DNA of 64,000 bases, from the NCBI GenBank assembly GCA_013265495.1, contig MU057724.1:1-64000 (forward strand), read 5' to 3'. The notes beneath the pieces were generated by a model. That model saw nothing but the letters and a program-made list of their open reading frames with translations. It was not told the DNA's origin and ran no database searches. Made by a program: the position numbers and the translations under genes. Shown here in pieces: positions 1-11,759 of the stretch (its first letter is position 1; each line of letters starts with the position of its first letter). Origin of the DNA: Vicugna vicugna. Its lineage: Eukaryota.

Positions 1-171
1 CTAACCCTAACCCTAACCCGAACCCTAACCCTAACCCTAACCCAACCCTAACCCTACCCTATCCCTAACCCTAGCCCTAGCCCTAACCCCTAACCCGAAC
101 CCTAACCCCTAACCCTAACCCTGACCCTATCTAACCCTAACCCTAACCCCAATGCTAGCCCTAACCCTAAC
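1..171 (-). repeat. Telomeric repeat tract (CCCTAA)n with many variant units (CCCGAA, CCCTAG, CCCCTAA, CCTGA, CCTAT)
   Basis: Tandem CCCTAA units read directly from base 1, i.e. the vertebrate TTAGGG repeat on the minus strand. The tract ends abruptly at ...ccctaaccctaac|aagactgg. Confidence 0.95.
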
Positions 172-732
172 AAGACTGGTACACCCAAAATCATAAAGCA
201 TTGGTGAAAGAAATTCTCAATAAATATGCAGACATCCCAAGGTGGTGGAAGCACTTCATCTTATTAAGATGGGAAAGATGGCAACAGTGTTATGATGCAA
301 CCAACTGATTCAATGTTATTCCTGTGAAATATCCCAAGGCCTAAGGGAAGAAATACAGAAGCCCTCCTACCCGACGTCTGGAATCACAAGGGACTCCAAA
401 GTGCCAAAGCAATCTTGGAAGAGAAAATCAAAGTTGGAGGCTCACATTTCCCAATTTCAAATCTTAGGACAAAGCAACAGTAAATAAAACAATGTGATAC
501 TGGCATAAATGCCTACTTATAGATCTATGGAATTGAATGGTGAGCCCAGAAATAAACCCATCCATCTAGGGTCAACTGATTTTTTACAACAGTGGGCAAT
601 ATTAAACTGGGAAAAATAATATTTTCAACAAATGGTGCTGGACAATTGGCTACCCAAGTGTAGAGGAATAAAATTGTGTCCTTCACACCACATACAAAAC
701 TAACTCAAGAGAGATTAAAAAGCTTAAATTTA

Positions 733-797
733 CTTGACATAACATTGTAAAACGATTTTAACTTAATAAAAAAAGTTTAAAAAATAAAATAAAATTT
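733..797 (+). mobile_element. Very short 5'-truncated young L1 3' end with A-rich tail and TSD
   Basis: L1 terminal motif acattgtaaaacgattttaacttaataaaaaa, flanked by direct repeats ttaaaaagcttaaattta at 715-732 and 798-815. Confidence 0.8.
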
Positions 798-831
798 TTA
801 AAAAGCTTAAATTTAAAAAGAATTAAAATTA

Positions 832-1127
832 TAGTCAGCCTTCCTTATCTGCAGGTTCCACATCCACAGAATCAACCAACTGTGGATAGAACTTGAGAAA
901 GTTCCATACAGAAACACTTGAATTTGCTGCACGCCAGCAAGTATTTCACATTAGTTTTTTCAGAACTATTTACATATCATTTACATTGTTTTAGGTATTA
1001 TAACTGATCTAGAAATGATTTAAAGTAAAGAAGAAGTTGTGCTTAGATTATTTGCAAATACTACACCATTTTATACAAAGGACTTGAGCACTGGAACCAA
1101 AACCTCATAGATAGGGAAGGACAGCTG
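832..1127 (-). mobile_element. MER2-like Tigger (Tc1/mariner) MITE
   Basis: Ends (c/t)agtc...gctg flanked by TA. Internal sequence matches the recalled MER2 consensus (ttgcaaatactacaccattttatacaaaggacttgagca; ggttccacatccacagaatcaaccaac). Confidence 0.8.
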
Positions 1128-3154
1128 TATAAGCTTTAAAAAAAAAAAAAGGGATAAATCATCTTACCTTGGATTTAGCAATTTTCTTAGATCTGACATC
1201 AAAACACAAGCAATGAAAGAAAAAAGATAAATTACATTTCCTCAGAATTAAAATTTGTGTGCATCAAAGATGCTATCCAGAAAGTGAAAAGAAAATCAAA
1301 GAAAATATCTGCACATTATATATCTGAAAAGAATCTTTATCAAGAATATACCAAGAACTTCTACAAGTCATAAACAAAAAGACAAACAAGCCAACTTCTA
1401 AAATAGTAAAAGAACTTGAATAGACCCTTCTCCAGACAAGACATACAGTCAACAAGCACATGACAATATCATTAGTCATGATGGAAATGCAAATTAGTAC
1501 AATGCCATACCCCTTCAAACACACTAGAAAGCTTACAATCAAAAAACTAAATAAAAATAACAAATATTTGCAAACCTGTAGAGAAACTGAAACCCTTAAA
1601 ACATTATTTGTGGAATTGGAAAATGGCACAGACTATGTGGACAACAGTTTGTCATTTCCTCAAAAAGATTAAAATACAGTTACCCATGGTTCAACAACCT
1701 CACTCCTAGGTATAGACATCAAAGCATTAAAAAGAGGTGTTCAAAAAAAAACTGTGCATGAACGTTCACAGCAGCAATATTCACAATGGCCAAAAAGGTA
1801 GAACAATTGAAATATTCATCATGGGCTGAATAGATAAACAAATGAGGTCTGTCCATAAACTGCCCTATGATCCTGTCAGATAAAGGAATAAAGTAAAACG
1901 GTGCAATCACTGTGGAAAACAACATGGCAATTCCTTAGAATCTTACACATGGGGTTAACGTGTGATCCCATCAATTCCACTTCAGAGTGTATGTTCAAAA
2001 TACTTGAAAGCAGGGGCTGAAACAGACATGGGTACCCCCATGGTCATCATAGCATTAATCACAATAGCAAAAGGTGGAAGCAACTCAAGTGTCCATCAAC
2101 AGATGAATGGATAAACTAAATGTGGTATAGACACAATGGGACACTACACAGCCTTAGCAGCTAAGGAATTATGACACATACTACAACGTGGATAAATCTT
2201 GACATCACTGTGCTACGTGCAATAAGCAAGCACAGAAGGACAAATGTCATATGATTCCACTTATACAAGGTATTCAGAGAAGCCAAATTCAGAGATAGAA
2301 AGAAGATCATTGTCAGGGGCTGAGGGGAGTTAGTGTTAATGGATACAGAGTGTCACTTAGGGAAAATGAGTAAATTCTGGAAACGGATGGTGAGAATATT
2401 TGTACAACTGTGTAAATGCAGTTCATGTGATAGTACTGTGTATTTAAAATGGTTTAAATAGTAAATGTTATGTTATGCATTTTTAATCACAATGGGAAAA
2501 AAATGAATGAAGCACTGATGATTCACGTTACAACTTGGATGAACACTGAAAACACTCTAAGCGTGAGAAGTCAGAAGCCCAGGCTGTACCATCTCGTGCA
2601 CTTTAAGACCATTAAGATTTTTTTAAATGAGGGGAATTATCATAATAGTTTCTGAAAAAGAAAACTGGATCAGAATGGAAAAAGACATTTCCGTAACTTG
2701 GGGCAATGGTGAAGGTTGAGGTGGGCTTGTGAATGGGATTATAAGGTGGAACCATAAAATTTCTTCATTTGGGGTTTATCTGCTGGTTCCTTGAGAGAGT
2801 ATTCCAGTTTTGGTAAAACCCACTGGAGTATTTTATATCAGGTAGCAAATGTGAGTACTATGTAATGCTGGTTAAAATATTTTATGTTTGAAATTACTAG
2901 AAACTAAATCACTTTTCAACACAACCATGTAAATACCACGTGAAAAAAGCAGAGAAGACATCAGATTTCCTTTTAGAGGCCAACCCTTAACCAGGTCCAG
3001 TTCACCCAAAGTGCTGATGCTAACCATCCTTGTAGGAGTCCACAGGTAATTTAGAGGCACTGTTGGAAGATTAGCAGCCACTGTGTCTTAGGTGCTGTGG
3101 ATGACCTGGATGGAGTCCAAATAGGGTGATTTCTGATTTCTAGTTTTCCACATC

Positions 3155-3948
3155 CAACCATCAAAAAACTCTCAGAACTAATGAATCATTTCAGTAAAGC
3201 GACAAAGTTACAAAGTCAATACACAAAAACCAGTTGTCTCTCTACACATTAATAATGAAACATCAGAAAAAGGTCTTTTTAAAAAAAATCCCATTTACCA
3301 TTGCTTCCCCCCAAAATACCTAGGGATAAATTAAATCAAGGATGTGAAAGACCTGAACACTGAAAATTCAAAGACACTGAGGAAAGAAACAACAGACACA
3401 AATAAACGGAAAGATGCCCTGTGCTTACGGACAGAAAGAATTAATATTGTTAAAATGTCCATCCTACCCCAAAGTGATGTTCAAATTCAAAGCAATGCTG
3501 GTCAAATCACTGTGCCCTACACCAGAAAGTAATGGAACATTGTAAACTGACTATATTTCAATAAAATAAAATAAACTTCAATGGCATTTTTCACAGGAAC
3601 AGAACAAAGAATCCTAACATTCATATGCAAACACAAAGGACCCTGAACAGCCAAAGGGATTCTGTGAAAGGAGAACAGGCTGGAGGTATCTCCTCCCCTG
3701 ACTTCACACTCTGTTATGTAACTACAGTCACCAAAAAAGTGCGGAATTGGCCCCAAAACAAGGACACGAACCAGAGGAACAGATAGAGAGCCCGGAAATA
3801 AACTATGGGTATGTGGTCAGTTAATCTACATGAAAGGAGTGAGGAACCTACGCCAGGGAAAGGACAGTCCCCTCAATGAATGGCGCTGGGAACACTGGAC
3901 AGCACACACCAAAGAAGGACACGGCACACTCTACACCACACACAAAAA
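3155..3948 (+). mobile_element. L1 ORF2 internal fragment, truncated at both ends, with a short L1 3'-end insertion at about 3505-3575
   Basis: Translates to L1 ORF2 (KDLNTENSKTL..ERINIVKMSILP) and stops at acaccacacacaaaaa. The embedded acattgtaaactgactatatttcaataaaataaa is an L1 terminus. Confidence 0.8.
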
Positions 3949-4674
3949 CTGAGTAAAACAGATACTCAGCTGGCAATGACATGTAGGCAATATACTGGGG
4001 CTACAGCTGGAGCAGCTAGGAGGGGTCTGGTTGCAGCTGTAAAACTGAGAGCCGAGGCACAGACACGGTAGGATGGCCAAGCTGTGTCACAAGGCAACAA
4101 CAATGGTGAGCTTTGTGGAGTCCCTGTCAGAGGCCCAGTACTCTAAGTCCTAAACTACCTAGATTTAGAATCTAGTTTATCTTATTCTACATGTTGACAG
4201 TAATAGGATTAGCAATGCCTACCTTAAGCTAAGACTTTGGTTTCTTTTTTTTTTAACCATTCAGTGATTTCTCACTTTATACTAAGCATTTGTGACTTTG
4301 AGCACCAGAACTCAAACACAAGATGATGAAAAAATAGGGACTAGGAAGGAAAGACTGAAAATGGATAAACTGCAAAACAACGCATTCTTACAAAGGCACA
4401 AGAATGTGCTTTTGGAGCTGAAGACCAAATTCCACTTCTGCTATAGTGGCGAGGTTAAAAATGGGAATCCTTTCCACCTACTCTGGCTGACATTTCTCAG
4501 TTCGCTTCAACCACTATTTTAATTTTCTCTACAACAGACACCTTCGTTTGAGAATACTTCTACCTAGTGACTTTGTAACCGTTTCTACTCAGTCGGGGCC
4601 GCCTTCCCACTGTATTCCGTTTTACATCTGTTTTCCAAGCGCTGGGATATTTAAGCAAGCTGCCTACGGGGTCT

Positions 4675-4836
4675 AAGGGTTCTCAAAGTGAGGCGGAACG
4701 GAGGCGGTCACCTGGCAACTTGTCAGAAATGCAAGTTCTCTGGATCCACTCCGGACCCTCGGAGTCCGAAACTCAGTCACCGGCTGTAGCAAGTTGCAAG
4801 GGGATTCCAGCGGCTCTGAACTTGAAAATTCCAGCT
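4675..4836 (+). mobile_element. MER5A-like hAT-Charlie MITE at the CpG-island shore
   Basis: ggttctcaaagtg...cacctggcaacttgtcagaaatgcaagttctc...gaaactc matches the recalled MER5A consensus. Confidence 0.65.
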
Positions 4837-4949
4837 CTGGATGCTAACCCCTAGCCCCCAGCAGATGGGGAAACGCCACCTCTGCCTCCAGTTATCCACG
4901 GCTGCAACCATTCCCTAAGTACCGACTGTTAAGTTCACAGCCCACCTCG

Positions 4950-5740
4950 TTAACATTTATTTTTATTAAGGCTGGGCCTGCCTGACAAACCCCACGCGGG
5001 GCGCCCGCCCAGTAGCTCCCCGACCCGGAGCCGATGGCGGCGCTCTGCCGGCCTCGGGCCCGGTTACAGGCGGAAAGAACAACGTCGCACGACCCGCCCC
5101 AGAGCTGGTGCCCGTGCTCTGCTGCCAGCCGCCGCGCTGGCGGACAGTCCCAGATAGCGCGGACGGGGGCGGGGGGCACGCCCCCTCCTGAGCACCGACC
5201 AATCGCAGCACGCGGCGCGACGTCCTCTAGAGGAGGCGGTGCGCCCGGAGAGTCCCCGCCCCCGGCCCCAGCACCCGCCAATCGCAGCGCGCGGTGCGGC
5301 ACGGTGCGCCGAGTTGGTTCGGCGGCGCGCGGCCTTCCGGCGTTCTGAGGCGGCGGCGCACCCCTGAGGAGGCGGCGCGCCCGGAGATGCCCCGCCGGGG
5401 CCGCTCTGGCGGCGCGAAGGTAGGCTGAGGGCGCCGCCTCCTCGGTCCCTCCCTGTCGGCCGGGCCCGTGGGCCGCAGGGTGCGGGTGGCTGGCCCCGGG
5501 CGGGGCGTCTGTGGCGTCTGTGGCGCGGACGCAGCTCGCGTCGGGGGCGGGGCGGGAGGAGCCGCCTCCTGGAGAGCGGGGGTCGCGGCAGCGGGTCAGT
5601 CGGTCCGCGGGGTCCGCGCGGTCGGCGCCTCGCCGGGGTTCGGCGGTGTTTGCGCCGCGTGGGCGCGGGGTCTGGAGTGGGGGCGGCCGGGTGACGCGCG
5701 GGGTGAGGGCACTTGCGTTCTGAGTCGCTGCGTGTGCCCT
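4950..5740. promoter_or_regulatory. SPIDR: CpG-island promoter of SPIDR with two CCAAT boxes (5199-5203, 5278-5282), GC boxes (about 5165-5174 and 5254-5262) and an ETS-like CCGGAAG on the minus strand (5334-5340)
   Basis: Very GC- and CpG-rich segment in an AT-rich background that spans exon 1. Motifs read directly from the sequence. Confidence 0.9.
5387..5419 (+). CDS. SPIDR: SPIDR coding exon 1 (MPRRGRSGGAK)
   Basis: gagATGc start and AAG|gtaggc donor. Matches the recalled human SPIDR N-terminus MPRGSRARGSK. Confidence 0.92.
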
Positions 5741-5829
5741 GCGTGTGTCCTTTACCTTTCACAAGTTGGTTGTGAGCTTCGTGCTTACAGACGTCCTGGT
5801 CTCATCAGGCTAAAAACGTGAACTCTTCT

Positions 5830-6290
5830 TTTTACCAAAAATCTTCCTCAGAAAGTAGATGGTGTCTGCTAGGCTTCTCCGATGTAAAGCTACTGTTTTT
5901 ACCTTTGGAATTAATACGTACTTTGTGGGGCGGTGCTTTGTGACCGTGTGTACATCCTCTTCAAACTTTCATCCACTAGTTTTAGCATTCGTTAATGATT
6001 TTCTAAATTCATCATTTACTTATTTGTTTCTACCAATGTGGACTCATTTTTATTTCATTGAATAGGTTTTAATCCTTCAGTGGCATTATTTATTTGATGC
6101 TGGAATGCGCACATTTGGCCACAGTGAGAGCCCCTTCATGCAGGTTCATGTGTCCTTTTGACATGTTCTCATTATTCCTTGAGCAGTGTTTTACTCTCTG
6201 TCTTGATACTTCAGGCTACTCTTGTCCTTTCCTGTCCCATCGCTGGTATAACCCACTTCTTTAAAGAGCTGGGCTGATTTAATGTGTTAA
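5830..6290 (-). mobile_element. Old L1 (L1MC-like) 3' UTR fragment
   Basis: Motifs such as ggtgtctgctaggcttctccgatgtaaag and gagccccttcatgcaggttcatgtgtccttttgacatg resemble antisense L1MC4/5 3' ends. Confidence 0.6.
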
Positions 6291-7039
6291 AGAGGTATTC
6301 TGGAGTTTAAAATGTATGTATGTGGTGGTGGTGGGGGGGCTCTAAATAGACCAAATGACATTTCCACTTTCTTTACTGTTCCAGATAACTAAGTGAGCTT
6401 CTTCAGAGCTGTCAGATAACAGCACCCTGGTGGAGGTAGCACCTTCCTGGGGATAGATGCCTCTTCCTCTTGCAGTCCTGCCCAACTGTAGGAATCTCTG
6501 CTTATGAAGGAACATGCTTAGATCTATTAAGTATTAAAATACCATCTGTGTTATGGCTGAATTTATGAATTTGTTCCTTCCTCCTAGCTAAGGAAGTTTT
6601 AACGGTATATATTAATCTTTTTTTTTTCTCAAACTACAGTGGCATTGATGAAGAGTTTTATTTCTGATTAGGTGATCAGCTCGTAGTACTTTACCTTAAT
6701 TTGGTTCCCGATGCAAATATGAAATTTTCCGTAAAATGCAAATTTTAAAACTTATGAAGTGAATACATGTCTGTTGTAGAGATTTTAAACAAAACAGAAG
6801 ATGTAATACAGTCCAGGACTTTGGAGGGTCCTTGTTTGCCTCACACGTGCATTTTGGAGTGTGTTGTCTAGTTGTAAGTGTTGTTCAAACGCTCTTGGTT
6901 TTGCTGTCTCATGACTCTGTGGATTCAGAGACTTTTAAAAACTGCTGCCATTCCTAGGTTTCCATGTTGTTAATTGTTAATGTGTATATAATGAAGTTGT
7001 TTTCATTACTTTTTTTCCCTTTACAAACTGTCTCTACAG

Positions 7040-7195
7040 AGAAAAAGAAATTGGGATATAGAATATGCATCCTTTCCAGGAGACACCCCACTGCAGTGCA
7101 GAAAAGCAGGTCTCAGGACCGTAGGGGCAGCTGCTTCCCTCTCTGAAGCATGGCTCCGGTGTGGAGAAGGATTTCAGGAGACTGCTGGGACTCCG
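7040..7195 (+). CDS. SPIDR: SPIDR coding exon 2 (RKRNWDIEYASFPGDTPLQCRKAGLRTVGAAASLSEAWLRCGEGFQETAGTP)
   Basis: ctctacag| acceptor and |gtaag donor; 156 nt in frame. Contains the conserved AASLSEAWLRCGEGFQ motif of SPIDR. Confidence 0.97.
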
Positions 7196-7851
7196 GTAAG
7201 GTAGCTGTAATACTGTTTGCCCTGAGTGCTGAAGGATAAATCCTAGTTACTGAGTGTTAAGGCCACTGTAATGTATTCCTTTGGCATTCCCGTCTTTATT
7301 TCCTTTCAGAACACTGTATTTGGTGGATTACTTTTTTCACTCATCCTTGAATTCCTTAAAAATTGTGACGAATTAGTATTCACCCCTTTCTGTCATGCAG
7401 AGCCTCTATACTTCTTTGTAAGTAAAGGATACATGCTGAAAATGTTCTTAGAAGATGAAGCGGTTGAGCATTTGCTCTATAAAAAGTACATTTATGAAAC
7501 GCTGACATATTCAGAATCTTACAGCAATGAGATATTCAGGCTAATTTTTGTTTATGTGCTAACTTTGAAGTATACACCATAAAGAGGAGTGCTCACCACT
7601 GTTATAAACTTTAAAGGTTGGGCAGCTCTCTCTCTATTTAGCTTCAGGAAAAGTGTATTTATTAAGTATATGAGGAGTGTGTGCTTTGGGAATACTTTTT
7701 GGTAAATATAAACAGGAAAAGAAATATGTTAAGGGGATATAGTGTAAGTTCTTGAATGTTTTACAAAATATTGTTGGTTTTTGGCCCCGTCCCCTAAATT
7801 ACTACATCATTATTAATTATTATTATTGTTGTTATCGTTATCTACCTGCAG

Positions 7852-7918
7852 TCGTTAACAGCTGAAAAGAAGACTAATACAGAGGAGCACCTTGAATTAT
7901 CCTCTAGACACAAGAAAG
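7852..7918 (+). CDS. SPIDR: SPIDR coding exon 3 (SLTAEKKTNTEEHLELSSRHKK)
   Basis: cctgcag| acceptor and G|gtaat donor; 67 nt. Matches recalled human SLTAEEKTITEKHLELCPRPKQ. Confidence 0.95.
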
Positions 7919-8592
7919 GTAATATATTCATGGTTTAAAAAACACCCAAACAGTGTAAAAAGATACTTTTTTGGAAAAATCTCTCCCTCACCTTTGTCAT
8001 CATCTACCCCTTTTTCTGCATCCTGTTGGTAATTATTAAAAAAATTTCATGTGTCCTTTCTGGGCTCACTGTTATCAACAGAGCCCAGTAGGTAAGCTCA
8101 AGGTCGTAGCACCAGGGTTTAAAAAAAAAATCTGATTTGGGAAATACAGTTATGACCTGTGGTATAAGGACTATACTACTAGTTAATGAAATTCTTACTT
8201 GGCAAAGTGCTTTGTAGGTGCTTAATGGTACCAGTTACTGTTATGTTTGGTGGCAAAAAGTTATGTGAGAGCCTGCTCAGAGTCCAGCAGAGTGAGAAAA
8301 CTTTCTGTGAATAAGACACTAAACACTTCTTTATGCTATATTATTATTTCCCTAATATTTAAGGGGATTCTTTTTATGCTAATGAGAAATAAAACACCCG
8401 TAATTTTTTTAAATTCATGAAACACTTTTATTATTAAATAAGCTGGCCCACAGTGTTTGTAATATCATAGTCTTCTGATGGTGCTGCAGAATTTATTTTT
8501 TATTATTATTAGTGCCAAATGCTGTGATTTTCAAAGATCAATGTAATTCTGATTTCTTAACTGTCATTATATAATGTATGGAGAAAATAGTA

Positions 8593-8803
8593 CAGTTGAC
8601 CTTTGAACAGTGTCAGGGGCCAGAGGTGCTGGCCCTCTATGCAGTATAAAATCTGCCTGTAATAAACTTTACAAGTCAGCTCTCTGCACCCATGGATTCA
8701 CCTACTGCGGACTGTGCAGCAGTAGTACCTGTTTTTGAAAAAAATCCACATGTAGCTGAATCCACGCAGTTCAGACTTGCGTTGTTCAAGGGTCAACTAA
8801 CTG
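8593..8803. mobile_element. Tigger2-family (MER8-like) MITE
   Basis: Terminal inverted repeats cagttgacctttgaaca ... tgttcaagggtcaact(aact)g, flanked by TA. Confidence 0.8.
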
Positions 8804-8916
8804 TATTTTTGTATACAGATGTAGCTTGTATCTTTTCCTGGAGATTTAAAGTTTGTATAGTCAAATTCAACTTGGAGAGAGAAAGAAATATTAAATAAGC
8901 TACTACCTTGTATTTA

Positions 8917-8983
8917 TTTATTTGATTGATTGATTGTCCTGGGGATTGAATCCAGGACCTTGTGGATGGCAAGCCATCCCCTG
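8917..8983 (-). mobile_element. 5'-truncated vic-1-like SINE with 14-bp TSD
   Basis: B-box-like ctggggattgaatccaggacct, a (tgat)n/(ttta)n tail, and TSD ctaccttgtattta at 8903-8916 and 8984-8997. Confidence 0.75.
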
Positions 8984-9834
8984 CTACCTTGTATTTAATT
9001 TCAAAAGGATTTTTTGGGATCATTTCCCCATCCCAATATATATTCAACCCATTCTTCTGTACTTTCTGCTTTATAGAATGATCAATATATGCTGATAGGC
9101 TGTAAGAGCTTATGTCTGTGTATAATTTATTTACAGCATAAGCAGCTTGTTAAGGCAAGAAAGAATTGTTAGTAATTTAACAAAAGCTTACAGATAAATA
9201 TTGGTAGAAAAGGAGCCCCAAGGCACGTTCTGTAACTGGCTCCTTTTTAAAATCATAACGTCTAAAGTTTTAGTTCAGGACAGGCTATTAAATTTTTAGG
9301 ACTTGGAAGTAATATTTTTTTGACAGCTGGGAATCAGAAGTAGGGAAACATACTTTTGCATAGTGTGCATAAAAGCGGGAGACTCCATCTCCTTGTCTCT
9401 ATATCTCTGTTTCCTTACCTGTAAGGCACTGAAAACCAGAGGAGAAAGGGGGAGGAAATGGAGGATGTGGGAAGGGGTGAGAAAAGTGAGCAAATGTACG
9501 TTCCTCAGAAGGTGTGAGGGACAAGGAGGAAGATAAAAACTTGAAAAGAGGCTGGAACCTTTGTAGATAGTGATTTTCTTTAAAAGGCGAAACTTTAAAA
9601 AAATGTATCAAAATGGAACTATGTAATAAAAAGGAGATAGTGTTTAATATTTTTCTTAAAATGCCCTGCAAAATATGTTCTCAAAATCTTTGTTATTGAG
9701 GTCAGAAATCTCCTTGAGAGGCATTAGTAAATTTCTAAATTATTTGTTGATGTGTTTTTCTCCCCATTCAATCATAGGCTTCTTAAGGGCAGGCTCTCCT
9801 CTGTTGCTCTTCTTTGTATCCTAGGTAGCTAAGG

Positions 9835-10250
9835 CTAGGCTGGACTAGGGCTGCCATGATGCTGTGCTACAGACTGGGTGGTTGGACCAACAGAAACTTA
9901 CTACCTCACAGTTCTGGACGCTGGAAGTCCAAAGTGAAGGTACTGGCAGAGTCGGCTCCTGCTAGGATGTGCTCCAGGCTTCTTTCCTTGACTTGCAGGT
10001 GGCTGTCTTCTCTGCATGTGTCTTTCCATTGTCTTCCCTCTCTGCGTGTCTGGTTCTGTGTCCAGATTTCTTCTTTTATAAGAAAATCTGTCATGTTGAA
10101 TTAGGGCCCTCCCTAATTATCTCAGTTTAATTCAGTTACTTCTGTAAAAACCCTAGCTCCGAATAAGGTTACGTTCTGAGATACTGGTGGTTAGAACTTA
10201 AAATATGAATGAATTTTAGAGGAGGGGGTGTCACAATTCAGCCTGTAGCA
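9835..10250 (-). mobile_element. MaLR LTR (MLT1-type)
   Basis: agggctgccat...agactgggtgg...ctcacagttctggacgctggaagtccaa...cacaattcagcc are hallmark MLT1 motifs. Confidence 0.8.
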
Positions 10251-10521
10251 GCAGATGCCAGCACAATGCCTGGCACACATTGGGCACCCAGAAATGTTTG
10301 TAAATGCAAACTGTTCTCATAGTCTGGCTGGTGTCCTTCCTGGAATTTCATTGGAATGGGCCTTGATTTCAAGGGTACCCCTTTTCAGCAAATAAAATGG
10401 GTTACTGAGTGATAAATTCCTGGTAGAGGTTTTGTCTATATAAATTATATAGTTGAGTGCCTGTAATTTGTGGGTTTATGAATCCATTATACAACCTGAA
10501 AATAGTGATAATTATATTTCC

Positions 10522-10859
10522 TGTCCTAGTCTGCTCAGGCTGATGTAACAAAAATACCATAGACCAGGTGGCTTGTAAACAGAAGAAATTTATTTCTCAC
10601 GGTTCTGGAGATTGGAAGTCCGTACATTTATTTGGGGTCTGGCGAGGCCCTGTGGTTCATAGAACCTTCCTGCTGCGTCCTCGCATGTGGAAGGGGCCAG
10701 GGGTCTCTCTGGGGCATCTTCTATAGGACACTGGTCCCATTCATGAGAGCTCCACCCTAGTGGCCTAATCGCCTCCTGAAGACCCACCTCTTAGCAGCGT
10801 CACTTTGGGGATTAGGCTTCGATATGTGAGTTTCAGGGGGACACAGATACTCTGTAGCA
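10522..10859 (-). mobile_element. MaLR LTR (MLT1A-type)
   Basis: tgtcctagtctgctcaggctg..taacaaaaataccatagac..aatttatttctcacggttctgga..tttggggattagg. Confidence 0.8.
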
Positions 10860-11383
10860 TTCCATTTCTTCATTCTGATTTACTTTTCTGGGTGCATAAT
10901 AATGAAAAAAGATCGGTAATGGTTTTTGCAAGTAAGCACACACCTTAGTTTTATTAGCTCTTTAAATCAATATGGGTTCTTAGGTTATTCTGAATGGTTT
11001 ATATTTAATTTTATATTTTGAAGGATAGACAGCTTTAGCAACTATAGATGTTCAGGGTACAAAGTAAGTGTTTAGTAAATGTTTACTGTTATTTCATGTT
11101 TTTGTGCCTTTGTACATGTTGATTTTCCAGACATCATTTTGTCAGTGAAACTTCCTTTCCTGATTAATACAAAGTGGAGCATCTGCTTTTTTTTGTGCCA
11201 TCAGTATACCATGACATACCTCTAATCTAGTGTTTACTTTTTCTTTTCATGATTAATTAGTTTTGCCTTTCAGAGCATGTATTCCTTGAAGGAAGGAGTT
11301 TTCTTTTTGTTGTTGTTGGTTATTTCCTCAGGGTTTACTGTACCAGAGGTGTTATGTTAATAGATATTTAATGAAGCCATTTA

Positions 11384-11533
11384 ATTTTTTAAAACTTTAT
11401 TTATTGTTAATTTGGGGGGGTAATTAGGTTTATTTATTTATTTATTTGCTTTTTAATGGAGGTACTGGTAATTGAACCTAGGACCTTGTACATGCTAGGC
11501 ATACACTCTACCACTGAGCTATACCCGTCCCCC
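11384..11533 (-). mobile_element. vic-1-type camelid tRNA-derived SINE, full length, with TSD
   Basis: Reverse complement GGGGACGGGTATAGCTCAGTGGTAGAG...GGTTCAATTACCAGTACCTCCATTAAAA...AAACCTAATTACCCCCCC with A and B boxes. TSD gccattta at 11376-11383 and 11534-11541. Confidence 0.9.
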
Positions 11534-11759
11534 GCCATTTAGCTTCTGAGCCTGTTTCCTCTTCTGGAAAACTTGAGTTGTAATGTCTAATCTCTTAATC
11601 TCATAGTATATTGAAATGTAGCTAATAGAATTTTTTTTTTTCATTTTAGCATTGTAACTCAATTATCTACTCAATATGAGTAGAAAAGTTGATTTTTATT
11701 AGATATCTGTTCCGTTTCTGATCAGTGTCAGTGAAGTTTCCTGTTGGGACTTCCGGTTC

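Larger units (their letters stand above)
172..2585 (+). mobile_element. Old L1 (L1M-type) ORF2 3' part plus 3' UTR, decayed, with nested insertions including a second L1 3' end at about 1880-2500
   Basis: Typical L1 ORF2 motifs (caaagcaacagtaaataaaacaatgtgatactggcataa; ccagaaataaacccatccatc; ttttcaacaaatggtgctgg) and 3' UTR motifs (tgtccatcaacagatgaatggataaac), with many stops. Confidence 0.85.

Noticed and set aside
4841..4860. Telomere-like ctaacccctagccc
   Set aside because: Only two imperfect units; compatible with chance.
4892..5821. Several long overlapping ORFs (up to 232 aa) on both strands
   Set aside because: Expected from stop-codon scarcity in a CpG island; low-complexity Arg/Pro/Gly/Ala products. 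Only the 33-nt SPIDR exon is supported.
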